The notes under the pieces are model-generated. The model was not told the DNA's origin, searched no databases, and saw only the letters and a list, made by a program, of their open reading frames with translations. Shown piece after piece: positions 37,976 to 47,291 of a DNA stretch of 64,000 nt. Position numbers and translations under genes: made by a program. Origin of the DNA: a virus. Lineage: Duplodnaviria > Caudoviricetes. How positions within the stretch are numbered: position 1 is the stretch's first letter; the number at the start of each line of letters is the position of its first letter. The stretch lies in IMG/VR virus record IMGVR_UViG_3300028591_000096. One strand, 5' to 3'.

Positions 37976-38791
37976 TTATAAGAAAAGCCACATGAAAAGA
38001 GTATTCTCTTTCATTAAGCCTATAAGGTTGTTTACAAATTTTTCCTTTTCTGATTGAGCTAGTGAAATATGACTTGCATTTATCAAATTAAATAAAAAAG
38101 TCTTAAATTCATTTTCATGTCCTCCAGATTCCCAACCAAGTTTATTAAGGTAAGCTATAATATTCTTTGCAAATGTTCTACATTTAGTATTTTCTGGACG
38201 ATATGAAAGATTATCAATATTATCAAATGCTAAACATATTTCAGCGTACATCTCATCAGTTCTGTTTAATACAGATTCATATAATTTCTTGCTAAATCTG
38301 ATCTTGGATTTATAAGATTCATCAACACATTTGACATCAACATCACCACCATTTTCAGCGATTGTCTTGTTAATAAGAATCATCTGCTGTTCAATGTTCT
38401 TTACATTCTGCTGATAAGTTGTTTTCTTTACAAGCTTTTTGTTAGCAAGATCATTAAGAGCTATATTTGTTTGTATTAACTTTGCTTTGTTTGCTTGTGC
38501 CTGTTCATCTGTCTGAATGTCAGCAGCCTGCAAATCTCCTCTTTGTTTTTGTAAAAGAGTAATTTGATCATTCAACACCTTGATATCAGCATCGTATTGA
38601 GTTTTTAATTGAGTCTTTTTATTGACAAGTGCAACAAGTTGCTGTGAAAGTTCAGTCGTATCTGTATTTTTATCTTGTGTTTGATCTACAGTATTAGTGT
38701 TGGTTTCCTGACTTGCGTTAGATTCACCATCGCCATTCTGAATTTCATCAGCTTCTTGAAGTTTTTTGTTTGTGTAAATATTAATCTTCAT
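37976..38791 (-). CDS. Coiled-coil protein, first gene of the late AAA/VWA operon
   Basis: Gln-rich heptads; LQEA, VDES and LYES motifs. Confidence 0.7.
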   Translation of the reverse strand: MKINIYTNKKLQEADEIQNGDGESNASQETNTNTVDQTQDKNTDTTELSQQLVALVNKKTQLKTQYDADIKVLNDQITLLQKQRGDLQAADIQTDEQAQANKAKLIQTNIALNDLANKKLVKKTTYQQNVKNIEQQMILINKTIAENGGDVDVKCVDESYKSKIRFSKKLYESVLNRTDEMYAEICLAFDNIDNLSYRPENTKCRTFAKNIIAYLNKLGWESGGHENEFKTFLFNLINASHISLAQSEKEKFVNNLIGLMKENTLFMWLFL

Positions 38792-38815
38792 TGCTATAAA
38801 GCAAAATCATTTTAT

Positions 38816-38852
38816 TATTTATCTAAAAAGAAAATGCTTGAACAAATAAATA
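38816..38852. promoter_or_regulatory. Back-to-back late promoters (38816-38824 minus; 38844-38852 plus)
   Basis: AGATAAATA and AAATAAATA, each 24 nt from an ATG. Confidence 0.65.
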
Positions 38853-38876
38853 ATTAAACAAAAATACAGATTACAG

Positions 38877-39017
38877 ATGAAAACTTGTCCAACATGTCCA
38901 AAGAAAAGAACATCATCAACAAAACAAGAAAACAAAAGTTCTGATATTAGAAGCACAAAATTTACATCTATTAGGACATCACCTATTATAAAATCAAGCA
39001 GAAAAACAACGATTTAA
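38877..39017 (+). CDS. 46-aa basic Ser/Thr-rich peptide with CxxC (below the ORF-track cutoff)
   Basis: MKTCPTCPKKRTSSTKQENKSSDIRSTKFTSIRTSPIIKSSRKTTI; promoter motif upstream, terminator downstream. Confidence 0.6.
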   Translation: MKTCPTCPKKRTSSTKQENKSSDIRSTKFTSIRTSPIIKSSRKTTI

Positions 39018-39022
39018 ATAAG

Positions 39023-39050
39023 AAAACGCCGCATAATTTGCGACGTTTTA
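39023..39050. terminator. Bidirectional intrinsic terminator
   Basis: AAAACGCCGCA-TAATT-TGCGACGTTTT. Confidence 0.65.
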
Positions 39051-39053
39051 TTT

Positions 39054-39416
39054 TTAAGATGTAACGTATATATCTGACAATAAAAAAGATTTTAGTTTTC
39101 CTTCTGGTTCAAGCTTAAATACAAACTTGTTAGGATTTATTTCAAGCATAGGGACACCTTCATAATCTACACCATCCTTTGAAAATGCTAATGCACCTCT
39201 GTCTGGTTCATGTAATTTAAGTTCATCCCTGAGTGCAGATAATAAAGTTTTTGGTTGAACTGGGATATGTACGTCATCTAAATCTTCATCATATTCTAAT
39301 GTGTCTGGATCGTCAAGTATTATTCCATGATTTTCTGGATCCAAATCATGCATCATTTCCTCGTCTGAAATTTCATCCTCATTGTCAATATATTCATCGT
39401 AATAGATCTTTTTCAT
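39054..39416 (-). CDS. Hypothetical acidic protein
   Basis: 120-aa ORF downstream of the sigma gene. Confidence 0.65.
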   Translation of the reverse strand: MKKIYYDEYIDNEDEISDEEMMHDLDPENHGIILDDPDTLEYDEDLDDVHIPVQPKTLLSALRDELKLHEPDRGALAFSKDGVDYEGVPMLEINPNKFVFKLEPEGKLKSFLLSDIYVTS

Positions 39417-39450
39417 TGAATCATCATTTATTTGAGTATTTATTCCAGCA

Positions 39451-39876
39451 TTATCCGTTTAATTTTGAAAATTTTTTCTGAGAATCTTCTTTTGACATTC
39501 CATTTATATACTCAGAGAAAATTCTCTTATATCTACCTTTCTTAGCATTACGTAAGAATTCAGCATAAATCTTACGTCTTTGGCTATGATTAACAAGAAT
39601 TATCTGATTCTTAATATAATTATCAAGAAGAATTTTTGCCTGATTCTTTGGATCTGAGAAAAATTTTCTTCTGAGTTCAATCTCATGTTCAGACATAACA
39701 TCATTATTCAATTCAACAAATGACATTGCGTCATCCGATGAAAGTAAAGATCCTTCCTGTGTTTCTGATGATGTACCAATAGAATTTTCATGATCATCTA
39801 AAAGAGATTCAAATCCTCCATTTTCAAGATCATTACTAACTTGATCTATGTTTAATAAACTGTCAATATTTTGCAT
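39451..39876 (-). CDS. Hypothetical protein
   Basis: 141-aa ORF downstream of the sigma gene. Confidence 0.65.
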   Translation of the reverse strand: MQNIDSLLNIDQVSNDLENGGFESLLDDHENSIGTSSETQEGSLLSSDDAMSFVELNNDVMSEHEIELRRKFFSDPKNQAKILLDNYIKNQIILVNHSQRRKIYAEFLRNAKKGRYKRIFSEYINGMSKEDSQKKFSKLNG

Positions 39877-39896
39877 AATTGTTTCTGTTATATTTG

Positions 39897-40343
39897 CTAA
39901 ATTGAATAAACATTATCTGATAATGAAACCTGCATACTTTGAGTTAGTTTCATATATCCAAGATTTCTCCATCCCTTTGCAAATCCGTTTCTACATATAG
40001 ACGTTATATAAGCAAACGCGTTCTGTGTCACATTCTCATCAAAATCATTGAAATATCTAATACAATCACCAACGGCTGTATATATACAATCTATTCTATC
40101 TTCTTCATTTGTATATTTAAGTTTATTTGATAATTTTGTTGCAATCTGTATAAACATCTTTGCAAGTTCATCACTAGCTTGTCCGTTGTTTTCTCGTTTA
40201 CATTTTAATATTTCAGCAAGTAGAACAGAGTTTTTTACATAGTGTTGTGATTCTGGAGTTCTTCCTATACTATTGAGTGTTTCATCAATAAATTCCTCAC
40301 CTCGTTTCTGACATCTCAGTTTTTCCTGTAATTTTGTAGACAT
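39897..40343 (-). CDS. Late-transcription sigma factor, T4 gp55-like
   Basis: HYVKNSVLLAEI, MFIQIATKLS, DRIDCI, YFNDFD..NAFAYITSIC parallel gp55. Confidence 0.85.
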   Translation of the reverse strand: MSTKLQEKLRCQKRGEEFIDETLNSIGRTPESQHYVKNSVLLAEILKCKRENNGQASDELAKMFIQIATKLSNKLKYTNEEDRIDCIYTAVGDCIRYFNDFDENVTQNAFAYITSICRNGFAKGWRNLGYMKLTQSMQVSLSDNVYSI

Positions 40344-40372
40344 CTATTTTATAAAAGTTACTCTTTTATATT

Positions 40373-40401
40373 ATTATACGTTATTTTTATTAAAATGATT
40401 A
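40373..40401 (-). promoter_or_regulatory. Bipartite promoter TAATCATT-N13-CGTATAAT upstream of the gp55-like sigma
   Basis: Same motif and spacing as at 19004, 52437 and 55331. Confidence 0.75.
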
Positions 40402-40405
40402 AAAA

Positions 40406-40437
40406 ATAAAGACGGAAGATTAACCTTCCGTCTTTAT
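40406..40437 (-). terminator. Intrinsic terminator
   Basis: ATAAAGACGGAAG-ATTAAC-CTTCCGTCTTTAT. Confidence 0.8.
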
Positions 40438-40455
40438 ATTACTTTATTTTGATAA

Positions 40456-40890
40456 TTACTCATTATCGTTATCATCCTGACATATTCCTATAGATTTAAG
40501 TTCTGGGTGTTCAGCTTTGTATTGTCTATAACCACCATTCAGGTATTGAACAATACTTGAAACTTCACCCTTAACATCAGCTACAACATCATGAATTTCC
40601 TCCATCTTGTTACTAACAGCGTCCCATGATTCTTTCCTCTCATAACTATTAACTTTACTCATAGCGAGATTTTGTTCCTGTGCTGTTTGTAATTTTTCAA
40701 GCATAACAAGCATTTGGTTAACATACTTATCACCTAAGTCTATTCTTTCTGCTTGCTCTTGATTTGCTGCGGAATCAGCCTCTGTTCTTGCTTTTCTTTT
40801 TGAATATTTTAAAGCTATCAGTGATCCTATTCCACCACTACCAATCAATCCTAAAAATGTAACTACAATAGTTGTCCAATCTATAGCCAT
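40456..40890 (-). CDS. Single-TM membrane protein with coiled coil, holin/antiholin-like
   Basis: MAIDWTTIVVTFLGLIGSGGIGSLIALKYSKRK N-terminal TM followed by basic residues. Confidence 0.5.
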   Translation of the reverse strand: MAIDWTTIVVTFLGLIGSGGIGSLIALKYSKRKARTEADSAANQEQAERIDLGDKYVNQMLVMLEKLQTAQEQNLAMSKVNSYERKESWDAVSNKMEEIHDVVADVKGEVSSIVQYLNGGYRQYKAEHPELKSIGICQDDNDNE

Positions 40891-40909
40891 TTCAATTCCA
40901 GTTTGTTTT

Positions 40910-43900
40910 TTAGGAAAGTGTTGTAATAGCACTCTCCATCAACTTTTCAACCTCTGGCTTGAAATAATCTTCAGATCCACAAATCATAAGATTTCCACCA
41001 GGAATATTACTCATATGAGTTTCTCCATTTTCGTCAAATATAAGTGTTCTGACAGGAACGGTTTCCTCATTCATAACCATATAATTTTGGTAGTCTCTTA
41101 TATTAATCAAAACATCGGTATTTTGTTCAACACCTTCAACGATGTATGTCATAGTACCTTTTGAATAATTAGCAAGATCTAAAATCTCATCAAGACTTTC
41201 TGTAATTCTGATATACTTTTTCTGAGCTGTTGTTTTCTCACCTTCTATAATCAAATTAATTTCAGCATCGTCTTTTGCAGTCATGAATTCAAGTAACTGA
41301 ACTTTACAATCATTTGGTGTAACCTGAGTGTTGTTTACAAATAGTCCACAATTTACGTAGCTTTCGTAAACACCTTTTAGTGTAGCAACATCATATTTGA
41401 AAGGAGTATCAACAAGATCAAATCTTGTATGTACCAATTCAACATCAGATTTTGGATAAATCTTTGTATGACCATTAACATTCACAATAAAGTTACCGTC
41501 AGCTTGCTTGCAAATAATCTGCCCTTTGTTACCATCCTTGCATTTTACATAGTCAATTACATTAGGTTCTGCAACATTGAGTTCTGATTCATTCAAATGA
41601 TTATTGCCGTTTGACTTCATCGATTCGTCAGTCTTTGACTTCTTAACCTTAAACTTAAACTTCTTCTTTGGTTTATCGTCTTCTGAATCTTTATTCTCTA
41701 ATCCATCATCCTTTTTAGATTCTTCCTTGTTATTTTCTTTCTCGGGATTTTCTTCATTGGATTCGACATCATCAGCTTTATCGGATTTTTTGTCCTCAGT
41801 TCCTTTATTGGAACCATTTACATTTTCATCACCCTTATCGTTATTGTCTTTATCTTCATCGTTTTCGTCCGCTGATTCTTCATCATCTTTAAATGCAAGA
41901 CTTTCTTGTGGATTAAATGTAACATCCTTAAATGAATCATCAAAATCTGCTGTTACCTCATCAGCTGTTCCTTTATCATCATCACCATTAAGTTCGCTGG
42001 TGTTGATCGTCACCGTCTTACCAGTGGTATCATCCTTTACAGTGATGGTGACGTTCTCACTTAGGAATTGAAAAAAATCCCTGGCCTCTACAGGAGCAGT
42101 ATCACCATAGAATGATTCAAGAATCTTCTTTGCTTTCTTGTAATTTTCTTTCAAGATTTCTGTTGACATATTTTCGTTTACATGTGTAACTTCGAATCCA
42201 TTAGATGTCAATTTTTGTGCAAGAAAATTATTGTAAGGAACATTGAGTTTGTAGCTGTAATTGCTTTCACAAATCTTACCATATTCATCACCGTACTTTT
42301 CAAGAATATCAACAACGTCCTGCTCTACATTACCATTATTCTTTCTTGCGTAGTTATAGAGTGATTCATAAATTTTGAATTCTTCGTCTTTATTCTCAGG
42401 AACAACCTGGAATTGAGTTATGTTTCCTTTCTTCTCAATACCGAATAATTCACAAAGACCTTCATTGCATGGAAGCATTACACGAAAAGAATCCTTCTTT
42501 GATTCGCTAATTGCCTTAACACCCTTAATATGAACACTTTCATTTGCTGGCATTACATCAATGTTAGCTGGCTTGTTGTCAAAGCATTTCTTTAATTCTG
42601 GGAAGAATGAACAGAATTGATCGTCATCATAAGCCTTCCACTCATGGAAATACTTCTTTAATGCATGAGCTTGTGCTTTATTTGCAATCTTCAGACAAAT
42701 TTCTCCGTCATTTGCTTCGCTTTCCGTATGTTCAATCTTCATCTTATCATCAAGATCCTTCTCAAAATCAGCAACATCGATTGGTGCAATCTCTTCTGGA
42801 TAAAGACCTACTGTGATAGGATATGCTGCTTCCTCTGCGTCAGCCTGTTGAATTTCAGCAGGAGTTTCTTGAAGATCGGATTTATCTTCGGTTTTTGTGC
42901 TAGCATCTATTGTACCCTCTATATTTATATCATCTGTGTCTTCTGCTGGTATATCTATAACAGTAGATTCAATCGTATCTTCTTTTTCTGGAACTTTTAC
43001 TTCACCTACCGATACAGCATCAGTTTGTGGATCATTAATAATAGCATCAACAATCTGAGTATACATATCAAGTGGCATGTATTCATTATTGATGATAGGT
43101 GTCTTATCCTGATCAAGATAGAAAGTTACCTTTCTCATATCATCATGAACATCACCATTAGCATCAACAGAAGGAATAACAAGTATTACTTCACCATGTC
43201 CGTTTTCAGCACCAGTTTTAACATTTCTATTATAAGAAACCTTTACAATTTGAAACTTACCGTAACCTATATCTGTTGACTTCCCTTGTTCTGTTTCTGA
43301 ATTAACAACTTCAGTTGGAACATCGAAATCTGGATCATATTCAACAACATCAGCAAATTCAGCATCACCAGCAAACTCATCTTCACCAGAAGTTTCACCA
43401 GTCTCATCCTCAATAGGTTTTTCCATATCCTCAGCTGATTCCTTATCTGGATCTAAATCATCACCAACTTTATCGTTGTTTTCTTCACTATCGTCAGATT
43501 TATCATCATTTTTATCATTACTATCATCGTCATCAGGAACTTCATCATCAAGACTATCATGAGCGTCATCATCATCACCATTCAGATACTTTTCAGAATC
43601 CTTTTGATATTTCAAGAAATCAGACTTTGTATCATCAAGCTCCTTATCGATCATATCAATAGCATTATCGATATCTTCTGTATCTGCACCCTCATCCTTC
43701 ATTGCTTTTAGAGTTTCCTTCTTCTCCTCAAGAGAATCGATATAATCCTGATATTCCTTCTTCTTATCTTCGATGTTCTTTATAACCTTTTCCTGTTCTG
43801 GAAGTTCATCCTCAAACAATGGGCCACAGTTAATTTCCATATGTTCGTTAATATACTTACGACATTGGATAGGATTAACATTACGATAGAATGTAGATCT

Positions 43901-45508
43901 ACCAAGATTACTATTTGTTGTATTTACGAAAATACTTTCCTTAAGCTTGAATACATCACAAGATTTTCCGCTATTATCTCTTGATTCAATTCTCTTAACG
44001 AAATCAATATAAGCAATATCATTATAATGTTCATTAAGTGCAACAGACATCGCATAGAACTCAGCATCGTCACTTCTCATAGCGATTGCTGTTTCCATAA
44101 GTTTCTTCAATTCATCAGAAGTAACTTCTTTATCATTAACGGTAATCTCTGATTCTGTAATAACACACTTATTAGCACCACCATAAACAGTGATGGAATT
44201 AAGTTCATGAGAGAATCTCACCTTATCAGAATTAACAAGATTACAAAGCGATTTGAAAGACTCGTTAAGTTCTGAAACTTCATTTTTTGTAAGTTTTGCT
44301 ATATTGTTACCCTTTCTTGCAAAATAAGCACCCTTGACGTTGAATACACATTCATTTTCCTTAATAAACTTAACAGGAGAGAAAATAAGTTCCGTCTTAA
44401 CCTGATTGTTAAGATATTCAACAGATTCTCCAAGATATACAGTGTTTTCAATAGAAAGATCTCTTGTAATCAAACACTCCATATCTCTAACAAATGGATC
44501 ATATTCAAAAGCCTCTAATCTCTGTAGAAGAATAGCACGAGTTGCCATGTTCTTATTCTCAACATAATCAACAACTACATCTTCGATAAGCGGAACGATG
44601 TAATAAGAACCAGTCTGAGCCATAGTCTCAAGAATCTTCTTAAGATCAATATCCTGCTTATACTGTGAAACTCTGTCTTTCAGTGCTGATAATTCAGTGT
44701 CAACCGCACTCAGATAGTTCCAGTTAGATATACCAGAAATGAAAGATTCATATAAAAGTTCCTCTGGTTTTCCAGCATTAAGAGCATTTATATACTGCTC
44801 ACAGAAAACCTTAAGTTTTTCATTTTTATTACCTTTCAGAATTGCTGTAATAGCTTCGCTAAGACCAATATGATTCTTAATCATACTCTTTGTCTTTTTC
44901 TGAACATTCTTTTCAGCCTCGGCCATCTCGTTAACCTTATCGTTGAGAATCTTATCAACTTCCTCTTGAGTATATGTCTTAACATCTGGAGCCTTGAAAG
45001 CTTCTTTCAATTCCGCATTAACAAGTTTCTTACCGTTCTTCTCTTCATACTGCTCATACTGAAGAGTCTCAAGAATGTTCTGAATTGTACTATCACTTTC
45101 AAACAGTGAAAGATTGATCTTAACATTATCTCTTGTTGTTGAATTCTTGTCAATAATGTAATCAACAACAGCAGACTCAATCATTGGAGCAACAAACATA
45201 CATGAACCGTTGCTTAAGTTATAAACACTGTTTGCTAACTTAATATTAGCTTCATTAGCTTTCACGGCCTCATTCATGTCATTCAGAACAGTCTTAGCTG
45301 TTTCGGATTCTGCAATCTTAGAAAGATCCACAACAAACTGCTCACAGATCTGTTCCTCATGCATTCCGCTGTCAAGCTTCTCCTTATATTCTTTACAGAA
45401 ATTCTGAATGGATATAGAATTTGACTCGGAAAGCGAAAGCTTCTCAATTGCGGCACGGATCGGTACGATCGTGACCATAGAGAGGGTTTTGTTTTCCATT
45501 TTTTCCAT
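40910..45508 (-). CDS. Large acidic protein, putative prohead core/scaffold or internal head protein
   Basis: 1532 aa with many (I/L/V)-x-E motifs (LSES, LFES, LYES, LNES, ITES, LKES), coiled coil and D/E tracts; late promoter at 45550-45558. Confidence 0.55.
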   Translation of the reverse strand: MEKMENKTLSMVTIVPIRAAIEKLSLSESNSISIQNFCKEYKEKLDSGMHEEQICEQFVVDLSKIAESETAKTVLNDMNEAVKANEANIKLANSVYNLSNGSCMFVAPMIESAVVDYIIDKNSTTRDNVKINLSLFESDSTIQNILETLQYEQYEEKNGKKLVNAELKEAFKAPDVKTYTQEEVDKILNDKVNEMAEAEKNVQKKTKSMIKNHIGLSEAITAILKGNKNEKLKVFCEQYINALNAGKPEELLYESFISGISNWNYLSAVDTELSALKDRVSQYKQDIDLKKILETMAQTGSYYIVPLIEDVVVDYVENKNMATRAILLQRLEAFEYDPFVRDMECLITRDLSIENTVYLGESVEYLNNQVKTELIFSPVKFIKENECVFNVKGAYFARKGNNIAKLTKNEVSELNESFKSLCNLVNSDKVRFSHELNSITVYGGANKCVITESEITVNDKEVTSDELKKLMETAIAMRSDDAEFYAMSVALNEHYNDIAYIDFVKRIESRDNSGKSCDVFKLKESIFVNTTNSNLGRSTFYRNVNPIQCRKYINEHMEINCGPLFEDELPEQEKVIKNIEDKKKEYQDYIDSLEEKKETLKAMKDEGADTEDIDNAIDMIDKELDDTKSDFLKYQKDSEKYLNGDDDDAHDSLDDEVPDDDDSNDKNDDKSDDSEENNDKVGDDLDPDKESAEDMEKPIEDETGETSGEDEFAGDAEFADVVEYDPDFDVPTEVVNSETEQGKSTDIGYGKFQIVKVSYNRNVKTGAENGHGEVILVIPSVDANGDVHDDMRKVTFYLDQDKTPIINNEYMPLDMYTQIVDAIINDPQTDAVSVGEVKVPEKEDTIESTVIDIPAEDTDDINIEGTIDASTKTEDKSDLQETPAEIQQADAEEAAYPITVGLYPEEIAPIDVADFEKDLDDKMKIEHTESEANDGEICLKIANKAQAHALKKYFHEWKAYDDDQFCSFFPELKKCFDNKPANIDVMPANESVHIKGVKAISESKKDSFRVMLPCNEGLCELFGIEKKGNITQFQVVPENKDEEFKIYESLYNYARKNNGNVEQDVVDILEKYGDEYGKICESNYSYKLNVPYNNFLAQKLTSNGFEVTHVNENMSTEILKENYKKAKKILESFYGDTAPVEARDFFQFLSENVTITVKDDTTGKTVTINTSELNGDDDKGTADEVTADFDDSFKDVTFNPQESLAFKDDEESADENDEDKDNNDKGDENVNGSNKGTEDKKSDKADDVESNEENPEKENNKEESKKDDGLENKDSEDDKPKKKFKFKVKKSKTDESMKSNGNNHLNESELNVAEPNVIDYVKCKDGNKGQIICKQADGNFIVNVNGHTKIYPKSDVELVHTRFDLVDTPFKYDVATLKGVYESYVNCGLFVNNTQVTPNDCKVQLLEFMTAKDDAEINLIIEGEKTTAQKKYIRITESLDEILDLANYSKGTMTYIVEGVEQNTDVLINIRDYQNYMVMNEETVPVRTLIFDENGETHMSNIPGGNLMICGSEDYFKPEVEKLMESAITTLS

Positions 45509-45549
45509 TTAAATTTATATGTTAAATATGTTTAAAATTGTCCTTTTAC

Positions 45550-45558
45550 TATTTATTT
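45550..45558 (-). promoter_or_regulatory. Late promoter AAATAAATA(GTAAAA)
   Basis: Same downstream GTAAAA context as the 1785 and 27698 copies. Confidence 0.6.
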
Positions 45559-45601
45559 TCAAAATGTAAAAAAATTTTATAAAAATGTAAAAATACAACT
45601 A

Positions 45602-46975
45602 TCAGATAATCAATAAGTTATGTATTTCATCTTTAATTTCTGTATTTTGTGGGTATGCTATTCCTATTGTAATTTTTGTTACAAAGTCACCTTTTTTGTA
45701 TTTTAAACGCTTCGGATTTGTAATTACAAACATATCATCACTGAGATCTTTATAGTAATATATCTGTTTTAATCCTTTGTTTTTTGACACTTCACCGATA
45801 TAACAATCATGTATTTTTATATTTGATGAAGTGTCCATATATTCACATGAAACTTGAACATACCCATAATTTGTGAATTCTCCTGGATCTAAAATATCAA
45901 AGCACCCAGAATTAACATAACCAGTAGATTCTGGTACAACTACAACCTTTGGTTCTTTTTTTATAGATATTGCTTCATTATCATAGAATAATATATTAGG
46001 TTGCTTAAATTTTGAAATAGTTTCTGGTATGGTCCAATCATAAAAATTATGTTGTCTTAATGAGCAATCTATAATATGCTTATCACCATCAGGTGTTATG
46101 TAATAAATCAAAATAGTATAAACATCAGATGATGTTGAAATTGCATCCCATGATATTTCTAGAGTTTGACCAACAGCATAATATTTTGATGTGTCAATCT
46201 GATGAAGATGAAGTTCAATCTTTTTGTTTTCTGGTGTAATGTGATTATTATATACCGTAGGATCAAATCCAAAATATTCAATCTTTTTATCGGATTTAAT
46301 TGATTGTGATTCATCAAAGCAAGGCTGATATGCTTCAACAGCGAGAGAAAAACTCATTTTTATAAGTTGAGATTCACTCTCAAAAGAATAACTTACTGTT
46401 TTATCTGCTACAGTGTATGACTCTGGGAACCCAGCACGACATCCTATTTTCATTCCCTTATAAAGAACATTAAATGTCTGATTCTTATAGAATGTGTTTC
46501 TTATCTCCTGTTCAATTTTGAATGCGGTTTCAAGTGTATCAATCCACCCTTCAAACTCAAAATTAAGTGTGAGAGGAATAGAGTACATAAAAGCTGTGTA
46601 TGATGTTAATACACCGTTTTCATCTTTCATATATGTCCCCTTAACAAACCTATTTGTAATATTTGACGCCTCAATCTGTGATCCTGTATATGTCATAGCA
46701 AAACGAGGACACATATCAAATTTTCCGTCTATAAGTTTATCAGAAAAACATTCTCGTCCGAAAAAAGTGTAATTGTCTTGAGCAAACCTTTGATCCTTAG
46801 CATGGGCAAAATTATAAGCAAACGGTATAGTTACATTTTCAACCGTATTATCATCCCATACCTGTTCATAAGTAAGTTTATGATTAAGAAGATATAAAAG
46901 CCCCGCAATAACGCTTCTGTTAAAAACGTTATCGTAATTGTATCTCTGATATAGTGGTGTCTTCTGTTCGTCCAT
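45602..46975 (-). CDS. Tail sheath stabiliser/terminator, T4 gp15-like, with C-terminal extension
   Basis: FNRSVIAGLLYLLN, VTIPFAY, PRFAMTY, IPLTLNFE pattern. Confidence 0.65.
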   Translation of the reverse strand: MDEQKTPLYQRYNYDNVFNRSVIAGLLYLLNHKLTYEQVWDDNTVENVTIPFAYNFAHAKDQRFAQDNYTFFGRECFSDKLIDGKFDMCPRFAMTYTGSQIEASNITNRFVKGTYMKDENGVLTSYTAFMYSIPLTLNFEFEGWIDTLETAFKIEQEIRNTFYKNQTFNVLYKGMKIGCRAGFPESYTVADKTVSYSFESESQLIKMSFSLAVEAYQPCFDESQSIKSDKKIEYFGFDPTVYNNHITPENKKIELHLHQIDTSKYYAVGQTLEISWDAISTSSDVYTILIYYITPDGDKHIIDCSLRQHNFYDWTIPETISKFKQPNILFYDNEAISIKKEPKVVVVPESTGYVNSGCFDILDPGEFTNYGYVQVSCEYMDTSSNIKIHDCYIGEVSKNKGLKQIYYYKDLSDDMFVITNPKRLKYKKGDFVTKITIGIAYPQNTEIKDEIHNLLII

Positions 46976-47196
46976 TATTTTTTAGTCTTACGTTTACGAA
47001 CTTTATATTTTTTTGGCTTGATTTGCATAGTTTTAACAAATCCAGCACCAAGTATATTGTCAAATCGGTCACCAGAATGACCAGGAATAACTGTACCCAT
47101 CCCATCAGGTATGTCTGTCATTGGTGCTGCACATCCACTATCCATTCCACCATCACACTCATCTACAACCTTTTTCTTTCTGATATAATAAGCCAT
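46975..47196 (-). CDS. Small hypothetical late protein
   Basis: 73 aa; VVDE motif, Gly-rich core and basic ends; late promoter at 47223-47231; coupled to the gp15-like gene. Confidence 0.6.
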   Translation of the reverse strand: MAYYIRKKKVVDECDGGMDSGCAAPMTDIPDGMGTVIPGHSGDRFDNILGAGFVKTMQIKPKKYKVRKRKTKK

Positions 47197-47222
47197 TATT
47201 GAGCTTTGATTCCCTTTTTGAT

Positions 47223-47270
47223 TATTTATCTAATATAAATATTAATATGCTTACTAAGAACAGATAAATA
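47223..47270. promoter_or_regulatory. Back-to-back late promoters (47223-47231 minus; 47262-47270 plus)
   Basis: AGATAAATA on each strand, 21-26 nt from the ATGs. Confidence 0.7.
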
Positions 47271-47291
47271 GTGAAAAGAAAGTCTCAATAA

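Noticed and set aside
39889-39897. Antisense Bacteroidota-type promoter TATATTTGC facing the sigma gene
   Set aside because: It lacks the AGTTG extension of the three real copies, and a short match is expected by chance in AT-rich DNA.
45561-45593. Short direct repeat AAAATGTAAAAA x2 upstream of the 1532-aa gene
   Set aside because: Low complexity with no other support.
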